NCBI GenBank assembly: GCA_043228905.1
Contig: JBHGNT010000002.1
Coordinates: 6,324,001 to 6,388,000, forward strand
Origin: Azolla caroliniana
Lineage: Eukaryota > Plantae > Polypodiophyta
Direction of reading: 5' to 3'
DNA: 64,000 bases
Shown here piece by piece: positions 39,401 through 52,200 of the stretch. The notes under the pieces are model-generated. The model had not been told where the DNA came from, ran no database searches, and worked only from the letters and a program-made list of their open reading frames with translations. The position numbers and the translations under genes were made by a program. Positions within the stretch are counted from its first letter, which is position 1, and each line of letters starts with the position of its first letter.

Positions 39401-40297
39401 GGTTTGGTTTGGGCCATGCTTGGCTCAATGATTCAATGGTCCGGTTTGAACCTTTGTCGGCTTAATAGTTTGTCGTTTGTCCAGCTTCAAACTGCAGTTA
39501 AAACGGCTTAATGGTGTACGCAAACATTTTCGAAATATTTTCGTGAATATTTAAATGAAAAACCCCATGTTTGATTAATACGACTAGTAGTTAGACAGAT
39601 CTTTTTTTGGGAGGTCTACCTCAACCAATTATGTACATATTATGTATTACAAACCCTAGCAAAGTTGGGATGAATTTAAATGTTTTTTTTATGGCAAAGT
39701 ATCTGGTAAATATGTATTACGAACCCTAGCAAAGTTGGGATGAATTTAAATGTTTTTATAAATCATTCCACAGTTGATTCAACCCTCACGAACTCCTCAA
39801 AAATCCAATCAAAAAATATTTAGTTGGTGTCTTAATCAAAAGTTTAACGGATTTAAGTGGTTCATTAACAATATTAATTTTGAGTTTTTGTTAATAAAAA
39901 ATATACATTATGGAAAATTAAGTATACATTTAATAAACAACAATGCCTTGGTATGGACAAAAATTCAACTTAGTGGTTTGATCTCATGAAAATATTAAGC
40001 ATGTTTCTTCTCGTGAACAATTCTCGACAAATGAAATAACTAAGAATCACTACCATGGATGTGTTAATATTTTTAAATGCATGTGTGAGATATATATCTC
40101 TTATCATGTTTGTTGCAAATCACACTATAATAGTAGTGTTCCTAGAAAGGTATATTACATCATTCCACATTGGCACCATGAATGACAAATGTTTTTGTTT
40201 TTTTCCAAAACAAAATATCCTTCCATTAGTTTAAAAAAAGGCACATCAGCTACAACACTATGCTTTCTGTGGAGATTGTGCAATTATTGAAGCCAAT

Positions 40298-40560
40298 CTA
40301 TCCCACAACTCCTCCATCCATCACCAAATCTAATTTCATTTTAGTATGTACAACCAATTCTCCCATGTTGCCACATGCTTTCAACATACCATAAAATGTC
40401 ATCATATTAGCTAAGAGGAAGCCTTCCACAAGCATTTGAGGATAAAATTGTATAGCATCTTCATTCTTGTCATGCTCAATATAACCCAATAACATGGCAC
40501 TCCATTGTACCACATCTCCAACTAGCAATAATTCATCCAACCAGCAATGAAATGACAAAT
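40298..40560 (-). pseudogene. PPR pseudogene fragment
   Basis: DVVQWSAMLLGY...EDAIQFY.QM..EG...TFYGMLKACG. Confidence 0.75.
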
Positions 40561-40573
40561 GTTTCGTACCATG

Positions 40574-40681
40574 TGTCAAGAATAGTACTAAAACAGAGAG
40601 AGAATTAGTACTAGAGAAGGGAAGTACTATTAGTACTAAGAGGACGGGATTGCGTAAGACTCCCGAGAGGGAGGAAAGAGA

Positions 40682-40718
<37 letters not shown>

Positions 40719-41037
40719 TGAGGACGAGAGAGAGAGAGAGATGATGATAATAAATGATATATTATAGGAAGAGTAAGTACAAGATGGCTACGAGGCTTAA
40801 GACTGGCGTTGAACCAATTTGGTTCAAAATAATGCCTAATGCCTTCTTTTATAGTGTTCTCAGGAGTAATCCTGAAGCTTTTAGAATGTTCCAGAGAAAT
40901 CTGGAATATACATTAATTTCCTATAATAAAACTTAAATGAAAATAATATTTTGCGTATTACAATAGATGGTATAATGGTCAAGAGCTCGACCCATATAAC
41001 ATAAGGTCATGGATGTGAGTCTTGCCATATCATGACA
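40574..41037 (-). repeat. 3' LTR of chromovirus
   Basis: TGTCA...TGACA direct repeat. Confidence 0.93.
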
Positions 41038-44000
41038 CTATTTCCCCCTTAAGACGACAAGTGGAACGAGTCGGCGCTAATTGCGGACCGGGTTTGTCCG
41101 GATACTTTCGATGGAACTCAGCAAGAAGATCATGAGCATTGGTGACATGCTCGACGGGTTCCCAAGTACGTTCGCCCGGACTATAGCCGAGCCAATCGAC
41201 CAAATAATAAAGTTTGTTGCGAACAAGTTTGGAATTGAGGACGACAACAACTTCATACTCCGGGTCGGCTTCCAACTCAAACGGGGGCGGTGGTGGTGTA
41301 ACACGATCGGGATTAGTGTTTGCTTTATAAGGTTCAAGAAGAGAGCTATGGAAAACCGGATGTATCTGAAGATGCGGAGGGAGATCACGGCGGAATGTGA
41401 CATCATTAACCTTATTAGTAATACGGAAAGGACCGAGTCATCGATAATCCAACTTCTCGCACGGTCGAGTAGTCTTGATGTGACGACGTAAGAGTCATAC
41501 TCGATCTCCGATGGCAAAAGAGGAGGGAAGCCGATGATGATCCGCATAAGTCTTCTGTGTGTGTTGAACATGACGAAGATGAGTAGAGAGATCCATCTGG
41601 ATCTTGCGTAGCCTCTCCAAATGATCCTCGGCACGAGGATTGGTAGGTAGCTCCGGGGTGTCGATCACCGACCAGCGAGGATGAGAACCGGTATAAGCGT
41701 AAAATGGGGAGACCCAAGTCGAGGAGTGAATAGCATTATTATATGCAAACTCCGCAAAGTGGAGAATCTCGGCCCAATCGTCCTGTTGATAACTTAGAAA
41801 GCATCGGAGATATTGTTCTAGCGTTTGGTTTGTTCGTTCTGCTTGCCCATCAGTCTAGGGATGGTAGCCGGAGGAGAGGTTGCAAGAGACCTTGAGCATC
41901 TTGAAGAGATGCTGCCAAAATTTGGAGACGAATTGAGGTCCTTGGTCACTGATGATACTATCTGGGAGGCCATGATGCCGAAATACCTCACGCATGACAA
42001 GGGAGGCGGTTTCCTTGCTAGTGATGGCCTTAGTACACGACACAAAATGTGTCATCTTCGTATATCGATCGATGACAGTTAAGATAGCATCGAACCCCTT
42101 CGAGACCGGTAGATCTGTGATAAAATCAAGACAAATAGATTGCCACGGCTTACTTGGAATTAGTAAGGGTTCCAACAAGCCATATGGATGGTGTTGGGGT
42201 ATCTTTGCTTGACCGCAAGCATCACAAGTCCAAACGTAGTTGTCGACAAAAAGTCGCATATGGGGCCACCAAAAATATCGTTGAACGAGATCCAACGTCT
42301 TAGTACTACCGACATGTCCCGCCATATGGGTGTCGTGGCAATTTTGGACGGTTTGAAGGCGATAGGAGCAATCAGGGACATATACAAGCTTTTTAAAGAA
42401 TAACAAACCATCATGATATTCGAATTGTCGGTAGTCCATACCTGGTTGTTGAGATTGGGAATAGGATGCTCGAGAGGTATCAATGTGCACCAGAATGTCT
42501 TGAGCAAAATTGTCTGTCTTCAAGTTCGCACGTATGGCATCAGTAATCCGGGAATCCATTGGGGTGTGAAAAATCCGCGTTGTGTGCAATCGTGTTGGTC
42601 CCAAGATTACTTGCTTTTGATTATCAAACGTTAGATCACCAGGACGAGGTGCAAGATATGAACGTCATGATAGCACATCTACTTTTCCTTGCTGCTTCCC
42701 CGGTTGATATGTGATTTTGAAGTCAAAACGCGTGAGGAATTGAGCCCACCGAGCTTGTCGTCGATTTAGCACCTGAGTGTTCTGGAAATAAGCAAGGTTT
42801 TTGTGATCACTAAAGACGATGACCTGATGTGGAGAGCCCTCTAAGAAATGCCGCCATTGCACAAAGGAATCCACGATGACTAATAACTCCTTGTCATGTA
42901 GTTCGTAGTTGATTTCTGTGGCATCGAATTTGCGCGAATGGAAAGCCACAAGATGTAACTCTTCTTTATCTCCTTGTTGAGAAAGGATGCTACCAAGGGC
43001 GAAATCCGATGCGTCGGCCTCCATGATGAATGGTTTCTTTGTATCCACATGAGCTAGAATAGGAGCTGATGTAAAGGCTTTCTTAAGATGCCGAAAAGCC
43101 ATGTCCGCTTCATTGGACCAATAAAATTCTTGTCCCTTCTTCGTAAGTTGTGTGAGAGGTAAAATAATCTTCGAGTAATCGTGTATAAACTTGTAGTAGA
43201 AGTTAGCAAAACCTAGAAACCATTGTACATCTCGTACCGACCGTGGAATTTGCCACTCTAGCACAATTTGGACTTTAGCTGGATCCATGGAGATGCCCTT
43301 TGAGGAGATGACGTAGCCTAGAAATTCCACTTGCTTGCAATCAAAGCTACATTTTTCTAGCTTGGCCTAAAGACCATTCTCGCGGAGTCGTTTTAGTACT
43401 AATAGTACATGAGAATCGTGCTCTTCTTGGGTCTTTGAATAAATCAATAGATCATCCAGATAAATGATCAAACAGATATCCAAGAGGTCTCTGAATATAT
43501 CATTTGCTATGTGTTGGAAGACTGCAGGTGCATTGGTTAGATCGAACAACATAACATTATATTCGAAATGCCCATACCGCGTGCGAAAGGAGGTCTTCCA
43601 TTCATCTCTCGGTCGGATCTGCACAAGGTTATATGCTCCTCATAGATCGATTTTTGTAAAAAACTTGGCACCATTAACTCGCTCTAAAAGACTTGATATA
43701 AGAGGAAGTGCATACCTATTCGGGATGGTGACTTTATTCAAGCCGCAGTAATCAACGATGAGACGAAGTGAGCCATCTTTCTTCTTGACAAAGAAGATGG
43801 GTGCACCGGTTGGAGATTTCGAATGACGAATAAACCCGCTTGCCAAGTTCTCCTCTATGTAGGCTCGAAGGACTTCTAACTCGGTGGGTGACAAGTTATA
43901 AATTGGTCCCCATGGTGGCTCTGTTCCTGGTTGTAAATCGATGGGACAATCATAGGGACGATGATGAGGAAGAGTACCAACTTTTACCTTGTCAAATACA

Positions 44001-44560
44001 TTGGCATAAGGATGATATTTCGCCGGAAGTTGCACTAAGGATTCCTCTATAATAGTGCTGGAAGGATGTACTGATATTGCAAATAGGAACATTGCCTTCT
44101 TGTGTCCTTCTTCGCGTAATTGACGTAGTGAAATGGTCGAAACTCGATGAGTAGATTCTTGGGGTTGTCGATGTCAGACTTCTCTTGTTCTCCAATCTAT
44201 GTCTGGATTATGTAATTCAAACCAAGGTAATCCCAGGACAATGGGATGCTCTGGACTACTAATTATATTAAATGCTACTACACACACAAAACTACCTAGG
44301 ACAACTTGAATGGGTTCTGACTCTTTTACAATATTCCCGGAAGCAATGGGACGACCATCAATGACTACTACAGATGCGGGGCAAGGAAATTTTCTTAAGG
44401 GTATCCGAGAAGCTTGGGCAAAATTTCGATCCATGAAACAGGAATTAGCTCCGGAATCTAGAAGTGTTTGGACGTGTATTGGGGGAGTACTTTTAGTACT
44501 AACCATGACTTGGGCTAGGAACACATTGCTAACTTGCTAGGAGGGAATGGAACCACTAAT
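41030..44560 (-). pseudogene. Chromovirus pol (PR, RT, RH, IN, chromodomain), disrupted
   Basis: [42 protein letters not shown]...YLVDWLGY...TWEP. Confidence 0.93.
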
Positions 44561-44613
44561 GGGTTGTACAGATCTAGGGCTGTCCAACCAAACGGCTCCT
44601 ATTTTGGCTGGAC

Positions 44614-45792
44614 TCAATCGTTTAACTCTTCATCTAATTGACTAAGGATTTCAAATTTGTTTGAGATACTTGGGCTATTAGTACTATTAATACTATCAGA
44701 CACTCTATTAGTACTATTAATACTATTAGACACTCCTAAGGGAAGAATTGACTCGGGTTTAGTACATGCTACTATTTGATTTACTTGTCTTCTTGGCCTA
44801 TGGGGACAATTGATTGTGATATGCCCTGGTCCACCGCAATAAAGACATAATCGATTTGCACGTCGTCGTTGCTTTTCTTCTTCCGATAACAGGCCACGTC
44901 GACGCATGGTGTCGATCTCCATCGGTGTCAGAGTATTTGCTTGAGGTATGTCTCGTGCAAACAGTTTAGCCGCGACTAAGGCGTAAGTGGGCTCTGGCCT
45001 AGAGCGTGGTATTTGTAATTGATGTTCCGAACTCCGTTCGAAAAGGCGGTTGTCACATTGGACCGCTCGACTGATTGCCTCCGTAAGAGACTTTGGTTCT
45101 TCGGGGAAGGTTAGAAGTAGATCTTTGACATCATTTCGCAGGCCGTAGTGAAACTGCTCCATTAGTGCCTGATCATCCCAGGGGATATCTGAAGCGAGTA
45201 GACGGAAATCTGCCACGTAGGCAGAGGTTGGATGATCGCCTTGACGCAATCATTGGATTTTGTTGATCATCGTCTGAATGCTGTCTGTATCTCCAAAGCA
45301 AGCTTTAAACTCACTAATAAAGTCTTCAAAGTTATTAAGTAAGCGCGATTGTTTTTCCAGAAGCGGAGCAAACCATGCCAAGGCTGAGCTGCTAAGCAAC
45401 GTGCCTATTAGGCCGACTCGGGATGCATCAGTGGGGTATCGAGAAGGATGCATTTGAATGACTAAGCGTACCTGATTGAGGAATCCCCTAAATTGCAATC
45501 GCGTTCCATCAAATTTCACAAGAAGTCCAATCTTGGGCTCTTTATGAAATCTGTGGGGACTTGATCCTTGTTGTTGCAACGCTGCTTCGAGTTGTTGCAC
45601 ACGTAATGATAACTCCCCATGTTGTTGTTGTAACTCCCCAGGTTGTTGCTGCGTTTGTTGTTTTTCTAGGGCGATTTGTTGAAGATCCCCTAACAACCAT
45701 TGGTTTTCTTGTTCCAAGGCAACAAATTTTTCTTTTAGACACTGTAGCTTGGAGAAAACGGATTGGTATTCTTGGGCGCTAATAGAAGCCAT
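44614..45792 (-). pseudogene. Chromovirus gag with CCHC knuckle; one internal stop
   Basis: KFDGTR..FRGFL, QG...AYVADF, CLYCGGPGHITINC. Confidence 0.88.
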
Positions 45793-45861
45793 TGTATAGA
45801 AAAAGGATAAGAGGATGAGGGAAACCAAAAGAAAGACTAGAGAGGAAAAATTGGTTCAAAC

Positions 45862-46318
45862 TGTCAAGAGCAGTACTAAAACAGAGAGAGAATTAGTACT
45901 AGAGAAAGGAAGTACTATTAGTACTAAGAGGACGGGACTGCGTAAGACTCCCGAGAGGGAGGAAAGAGAAGAGAAGAGAAGAGAGAGAGAGAGAGAGATA
46001 GTGAGGACGAGAGAGAGAGAGATGATGATAACAGATAATATATTATAGGAAGAGTAAGTACAAGATGGCTATGAGGCTTAAGATTGGCGTTGAACCAATT
46101 TGGTTTAAAATAATGCCTAGTGCCTTCTTTTATAGTGTTCTCAGGAGTAATCCTGAAGCTTCTAGAATGTTCCAGAGAAATCTGGAATATACATTAATTT
46201 CCTATAATAAAACTTAAATGAAAATAATATTCTACATATTACAATAGATTGTATAATGGTCAAGAGCATGACCCATATAACATAAGGTCATGGGTTCAAG
46301 TCTTGCCATATCATGACA
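45862..46318 (-). repeat. 5' LTR of chromovirus
   Basis: Direct repeat of 40574-41037; TATAAAAG at 46134-46127. Confidence 0.93.
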
Positions 46319-46849
46319 CGATGTCTCTTAACATTGGATTGGTATTTCATAATGCTTGTACAAAAAACCTTTGCGGGAATTCGGTTGATTGTCCCACTTT
46401 CAAAAATATGGAGAATATGTGACCAAATTTCAAGATTGCCAAGAAACATAAAATGAGGAGTAGGGTTAGACAATGTGAATCCATTTCCCATGCACTAATC
46501 AAAGTTGTGATAAGCTTGGCCAATCAATGCAATAAATTGCAATATACCCCTATATCTAGGAATAAACATAAAAAATATCACTCAATATCATCTTGAAAAA
46601 GACAAGTTAAGAACTTAGAAGTATCTTTAGCACCTTTAGATGATGGCCTAAAAATGTTTGGAGCAGTAGAGATTCCATTGATGCATCTAAACCAAAATGA
46701 AAACAAGCCTTAAAACTTGGTTCATGCATGGATGATTTGTGACTACCCTACATGTGGGTTTTGTTCAAGTTTACAAACAAAAAAGTTGTAAGGTTTGCCC
46801 CTTGTGTGGTGATTGGTTGAGATTAACATGTTGTAAAGCATAAAATGAG

Positions 46850-47910
46850 AAGTATGTAGAATGTGGTGTACTTAGGAAGGCTCAAGAAGTGCTCGAAGGG
46901 ATTCTTGTTAGTCTAAAAGATGTAGTCTCTTGTTCTACATTAATTTCAGGGTATACCCAATTAGGGCAAGATCTTGAAGCACTAAAGTGTTACGTATGCA
47001 AAGTGAGGAGCTTTCTCCTGATGTGATCTCATTCATTTGCATTTTAAAGGCTTGTGGAAACATAAGAGCTTTATACAAGGGTAAACAAATGCATAATATG
47101 ATTCTCAACTCAAGGATGCTGAAAAATGGTTTTATGCTTAGAAATACCTTAGTGAGTATGTATATGCGAAACGTGGAGAGTTTGTAAAATCTCATAAAGT
47201 GTTTCAAGAGCTTCCTATTCAAGATATAGTCTCTTGGAATGCACTTATTGGTGAGTATGCTAAATAGGGTCAAGGCCACAAAGTGTTGGACTGTTTTAAA
47301 CAGATTCAGAATAATGGCATTGCCTCAGATACTATCACATTCATTTGTAGTTTGAAGGTATGTAGCATCATAGGAGCATTAGGTAAGGGCAAACAAATTC
47401 ATGGGAAGGTTGTGTGTACAGGCTTCCATGGTAAATACGTTATACTGGGGACCGCTTTTGTCCAATGAAGGCAATGTTATGAAGTGTTGTACAGTTTTGA
47501 ACACATGTAAAGTGAGGGGCTTTCTCTGGATGTAGTCACCTTCATTTTTACATTGAAGGTTTGTAGAAGCACAAAAACAATGCACATAAGAGAGCAAATT
47601 TATGACAGAATCATGAGTACGCAGTTACTGGAGGGGGATATTGTACTTGGTACTACCTTGGTGGATATGTATGTCAAAGTGGGATGCTTGCAAAAGTAGA
47701 GAAAGTGCTGAAAGGGCTTCCTAATCAAAATATTGTGTCTTGGAACATGCTCATTGATGGGTATACTAAGCATAATCAAGTTCATGAAGATTTAGTTCAT
47801 TCAAGAAGATGCAAAATGAGGGCCTTTCCCCATACGTTCATCATCTTCATATGCATCTTGAAGGCATGTGGTAGCTCAAGAGATATAGAAAAAGGTAACA
47901 AGATATGCAA
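46850..47910 (+). pseudogene. PLS-class PPR pseudogene
   Basis: Repeated SPDVISFICILKACG, GKQIH, NIVSWNMLIDGY motifs broken by frameshifts and stops. Confidence 0.85.
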
Positions 47911-48074
47911 TTTTCATTGTAATAGTGGACTATTTGGTATATTGCCTCCATCAACTATAAATTTTAATACTAATGGAGGATATTTTTTACGGAAAAAAAA
48001 AATCATAAAATGAAGAGATGTAGATAAACAATTTCAACCCAAAAGCACATTATCTATGAACAAGAACTCAAGCC

Positions 48075-49034
48075 TGTTGAGAATCAAGCTCCACCTAGTG
48101 CAACGTGTGAATACACCCTTTGAGAATCTATGATCACTCAAAGGTCAAGAGTCACACCACTACTCTCTACACATTAACTATGTGTCATAGAATCATATTC
48201 TATAACACATAACTAATGAGTTCCATATTCCCCATGACTATGAGTCTTCACATTCCCCAAGAGAGAGTAGTTGTTGGAGTGAGTTAATGAAGAGAGAGGG
48301 TGACCTTATATAAATCACCCTTCTCCTACTTCATAGAGAGTCGGTTGTGACTCCTTGTAATGCTACATTTTGTATTTGCTATTCTCCTTATTAATATACA
48401 CCTTCTTCTTGAGTACTTTATTTGTCCTTCATCTATCTATCTTGTGTTTTCTCTTCTCTCCTCTCTTTCCTCTCACACATACACATAACACACATCTCTT
48501 TCGTTGCGCAAGAATCATATCTGTTTCTTTACATGGTATCAAAGCGGTTTGGTAGCTCGATCTAGCCCATCTACGTGTGTTGTGTTCTACACCAACGTTC
48601 CAGAAGAACCAGTTCATCACTATCGTAGTGCGACTACATAGCTCGTGTTCGAGGGAGAAGGAAAAGAAGAAAGAATCTACATCGATAGAATGAATACTCA
48701 AATGGGGAGTGCTCTCCCTAGCGAGAAGTTGGACCTAAACAACTTTGCATCTTGGGAGTATAAGATGCACCAATACCTTGTCGGCCAAGGCTATTGGAGC
48801 TACATCAAAGGAGCACAAGAAAATCGACCCGACCCAACAACTCCCGAATACTCAACATGGGGGCAAGCCGCAAGCCGAGTAATGTATTGATTGGCGACAT
48901 GTGTTCATGACCACATGCTTGGTTGAGAAACCGAAGGAAGCATGGGAGAATCTCAAGAAGATATTCGCCGCCAACACGATGGCACGAAAGCTTAAACTCC
49001 GCCAAGAGTTGAATAATATCCAACAAAGGGATAT
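48075..49034 (+). mobile_element. Ty1/copia element related to family B: 5' LTR, PBS and start of gag, interrupted by the gypsy element
   Basis: LTR 48075-48533, PBS TGGTATCAAAGC at 48534, gag EKLDLNNFASWEYKMHQYL from 48690; cut at GATAT|TGTTGG. Confidence 0.88.
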
Positions 49035-49255
49035 TGTTGGCCGGCAAGGCCAAAGGGCTGGTTAGAGTTCAGAATGTAAAAGGGTATTTAATTAGGAATA
49101 GGGAGTTGAAATTAATAAGTACTATGTTATTTTGAAAAGCGGACAGACGGACCCAGAATCGATATGCCGATTCGGATCCAGACCGGATTGTTGCCGGTTG
49201 CCGGTTGGCACCGGTTTACATATTTTGTAATTACATTTCTGGCCTATGGACAACA
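49035..49255 (-). repeat. Putative 3' LTR (221 bp) of the gypsy element
   Basis: TGTTG/CAACA termini; begins exactly where the host copia gag is cut; partner LTR not in the window. Confidence 0.7.
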
Positions 49256-51546
49256 CCTGGCACGCCCGTGGGACAGGACTTTGTTCGTCAGACCCACGAT
49301 TCACAAAGTGGAGGGATAACAAACGGATTTTGCAAAATATTTACAAAATTGCCCTTTATACAAGGGGGCTTAAAGGTTTGTTTTAATCCTCTTCTAATAT
49401 GCCGAGGATATCCTCAGGGGCGTGGGGTTGGTGATGGGGGTTTTGCTGCCGAGTCCAGGATGGTTGTGTCTTCGCATGGGCCATCCTGTGTTGGTTCCAG
49501 TTCAGGCAGGGTTGTGGTCGTAGTTTGTTGCTCGGGTGTGATGTGGGTGTCTGTAGGGGTGGGTCCCTCCTGTCTTGCTTTCGTAGTGGTTGTTGTTGTT
49601 GGCTTTGATTCGTGGTCATCGGTCGTGGGAGCTCTGTTAGTCATGGTAGCTAGGCGTTCCTCCTTGTAAGCTTCAGCTTCTAAATGGAACATCATTTGAT
49701 CGTCGTTGAATTCCTCTAGAAGTTGCTCGATTGCCGCGGTGTGGGATTCTGCTAAGGTATGATATTCCTCGGTCAAGTCTTCACGGAGGGTCTGGATGCT
49801 GGTGTCATCCATCTTGTAGAACCCTCGACCCTCCTTCCTTCGGTTCTTGGCATCCACGCGTAATATGTGTAGTTCATCGGCTTGGGTTGACCATTCCTGC
49901 CATATGCGGTCGAGCGTTTCCTCGATCTTCTTGGTGAGTTGCTGGCGATATTTGTTGATCAGGATCTTTATTCTAGTATCGTCCATGCCGATTTGAGCTC
50001 GGTGAGCTTCCACTTCCTCCCTTGCGGCCTTGGCGTCTTCTTGACATTTGTTGATGAGGAGCTCAATAGTAGCTTGGTTATCCTTTGCTTTTTCGGTTAC
50101 GAGCACGATTGTCTGCTCGTAATGTTTGGTGAGTTCTGCTATAGTTTCGTCCATTTCCTTTCTCCAAGTGTCTCATTCTCGTTCCCTGGCGGCGATGCCC
50201 TCTGTTTGCAACTGGTGATAAGCATCGAAAATTTGCGCCCTTTGCTCTTCAGAGATCCTCCACTTTTGCATGTGTTCGTTTGCCAGTTCTTGTAATTCCC
50301 TTTGTTGACTCCGTAATTCCTAGTTGTCTGCGAATAACTCGCATTCCCGTTGGCTATTCCTCTCTTCTTCCTTGATGAATCGTTCTTTGGCCTCGGTGAT
50401 AGCAACTTGAAGGTTCATTGCCTCTCTTTCTTGTGCTTTGAGTGCGGCCGAGCTTTCGGCAAGCAATCGCTTGAGGTCAGCTTCGTGGCCCACGGCTTGT
50501 TCCCGTAGTTGGCCAATAGTGTGTTGTGGTTTTGTTCTAGTAGCTCGGCCCGAGCGATTTGGGCCTTGAGCTCGTCTTGGTAGTCACGGAGGGGGAGGCC
50601 TTGTCTGGGTTTCAGCTTGCTGGTCCGAGGATGGGGTACCATGTCCGTCTGTGTAGATCTCTCCATGATGACAAGCGGTCGTGGCGTTTGCGTGGAAGCG
50701 TGCCTAGTCTAGAGGCTCGGTGTCCTGTCAGTCGTTGTTTCGTTGGTGGTGACGACAGTTGGCGGCACCGTTTGTGTGGAGGCATGGTTGGTTTGGGGGT
50801 GCAGGCTTTTATCTACCAATGACGATGTCTCGCTCGTCTGTACCGAATCCGTCAATGTGCTTACATCGACCGTGGCGCGTTACTCGGGGCATGGAGGCTT
50901 AAGGGTGGTTGTTCTTGATGTTGATGCTCCAATGACGCCAGTTTTTGTTCAGTGGCTTGCAGTAGCTCGGTGGCCCATTTGGCTTGCTGTTGTGTCGTTT
51001 TGATACGTCGGGCCATCTCCTTGGCTACCCGAGTTGTGTGGTTCAGATTTTGATATGCCTCGACTAAGGCCGTGTTCAGATCTAGTAGCTCTATGAGGAG
51101 GGAAACATTCTGTGCTTGCTTCTTCCGACCTATCTTCTGTAAGGCTCGATCCTCTCGAGGTTCGAGTTCTCCCATTAGTGCGCATTGGATCATCTTCGCT
51201 TCTGCATGCTCCTTGGGCGGGCGTGAGGAAATCCATCAACTCATATGTTGTGCCCAGTCGAAGTAGTGCACTGAACTCGTGTGCCTCCACGGGGAGGTCT
51301 TTGTAACCAAGGACTTCCTCCTCTGATATCTGTGTGGTTTGTCCATGCTCGATCCTGCCTATGTGGAGCCATGACTCTACTGGTACCATGGCCGTGGAGG
51401 TCGGGCTGGCCTCCTTTGATTTCTGATACTAGGTTATCTCGGTTTCTGTGGTCGACTCACGATTGATGCGTCGTTTCATTTTCGGCTGGTCCTGTGAGTC
51501 TAGGGCCGATGGTGTTGGCTCCTCAGCTTGTTTCCTCTTTTGTTGC

Positions 51547-52190
51547 TGTTGAACGCCGCAAGCTCGGCCACAACCGAGAAATAGGATCTAGTCACAGAAA
51601 ACAGGGAATACGAAATGCTCCAATGCAATAGAGAGAAGAGTACACAGTATGTTTTACGTGGAAAACCCTAAACGGGAAAAAAACCACGGGAGTACAAGAC
51701 TCCAAACCAACACTATACAGAGAAGTATACAATGGCGAGCTGCAAGGCGACGACCTTGAGCTCACTGTCCTCGCCACAGGCGGCGGTAATACACAGAGGC
51801 AACGACCTCCTCGTTTCTCTCTCTCTCTCTCTCTCTCTCGGCTGCTCTCACTTCGCTCCCTCTAAGTGAAAACAGAAAATGAGCAGCAACATAAAACTGT
51901 TTGCCCTAAGTCATATTTATACACATATGACTTTCAGGCTATTTACAAATATAGCCACAAGGGCTCTTGGCAAACATATTCACAAATATGTCCCCGCATC
52001 CGGATCTCTCTCCGGGTACATTCGTCATCCGGCTCCGTGGCCGGGGTCTACATCATCCGGCTCCGTAACCGGGTCTTCGTCATCCGGCTCCGTAACCGGG
52101 TACTATTCATCATCCGGTTCCGTAACCGTAACCGGGCTTGCCGTCATTCATCTCCGGACATCCCATCCGGAGGGACCGTAAATCCCAACA
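51547..52190 (-). repeat. 3' LTR of intact copia
   Basis: Direct repeat with TG...CA termini. Confidence 0.96.
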
Positions 52191-52200
52191 AACTCCCCCT

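Larger units (their letters stand above)
40574..46318 (-). mobile_element. Ty3/gypsy chromovirus (Tcn1/Tf1-sushi type), full length, degenerate
   Basis: LTRs 40574-41037 and 45862-46318; TSD CCATG/CGATG; PPT AAGGGGGAAATAG; gag-PR-RT-RH-IN-chromodomain order. Confidence 0.95.

Noticed and set aside
49285-49292. CTGACGA on the minus strand, resembling a hammerhead ribozyme core
   Set aside because: No GAAA partner motif, and the homologous motif reads TTGACGT
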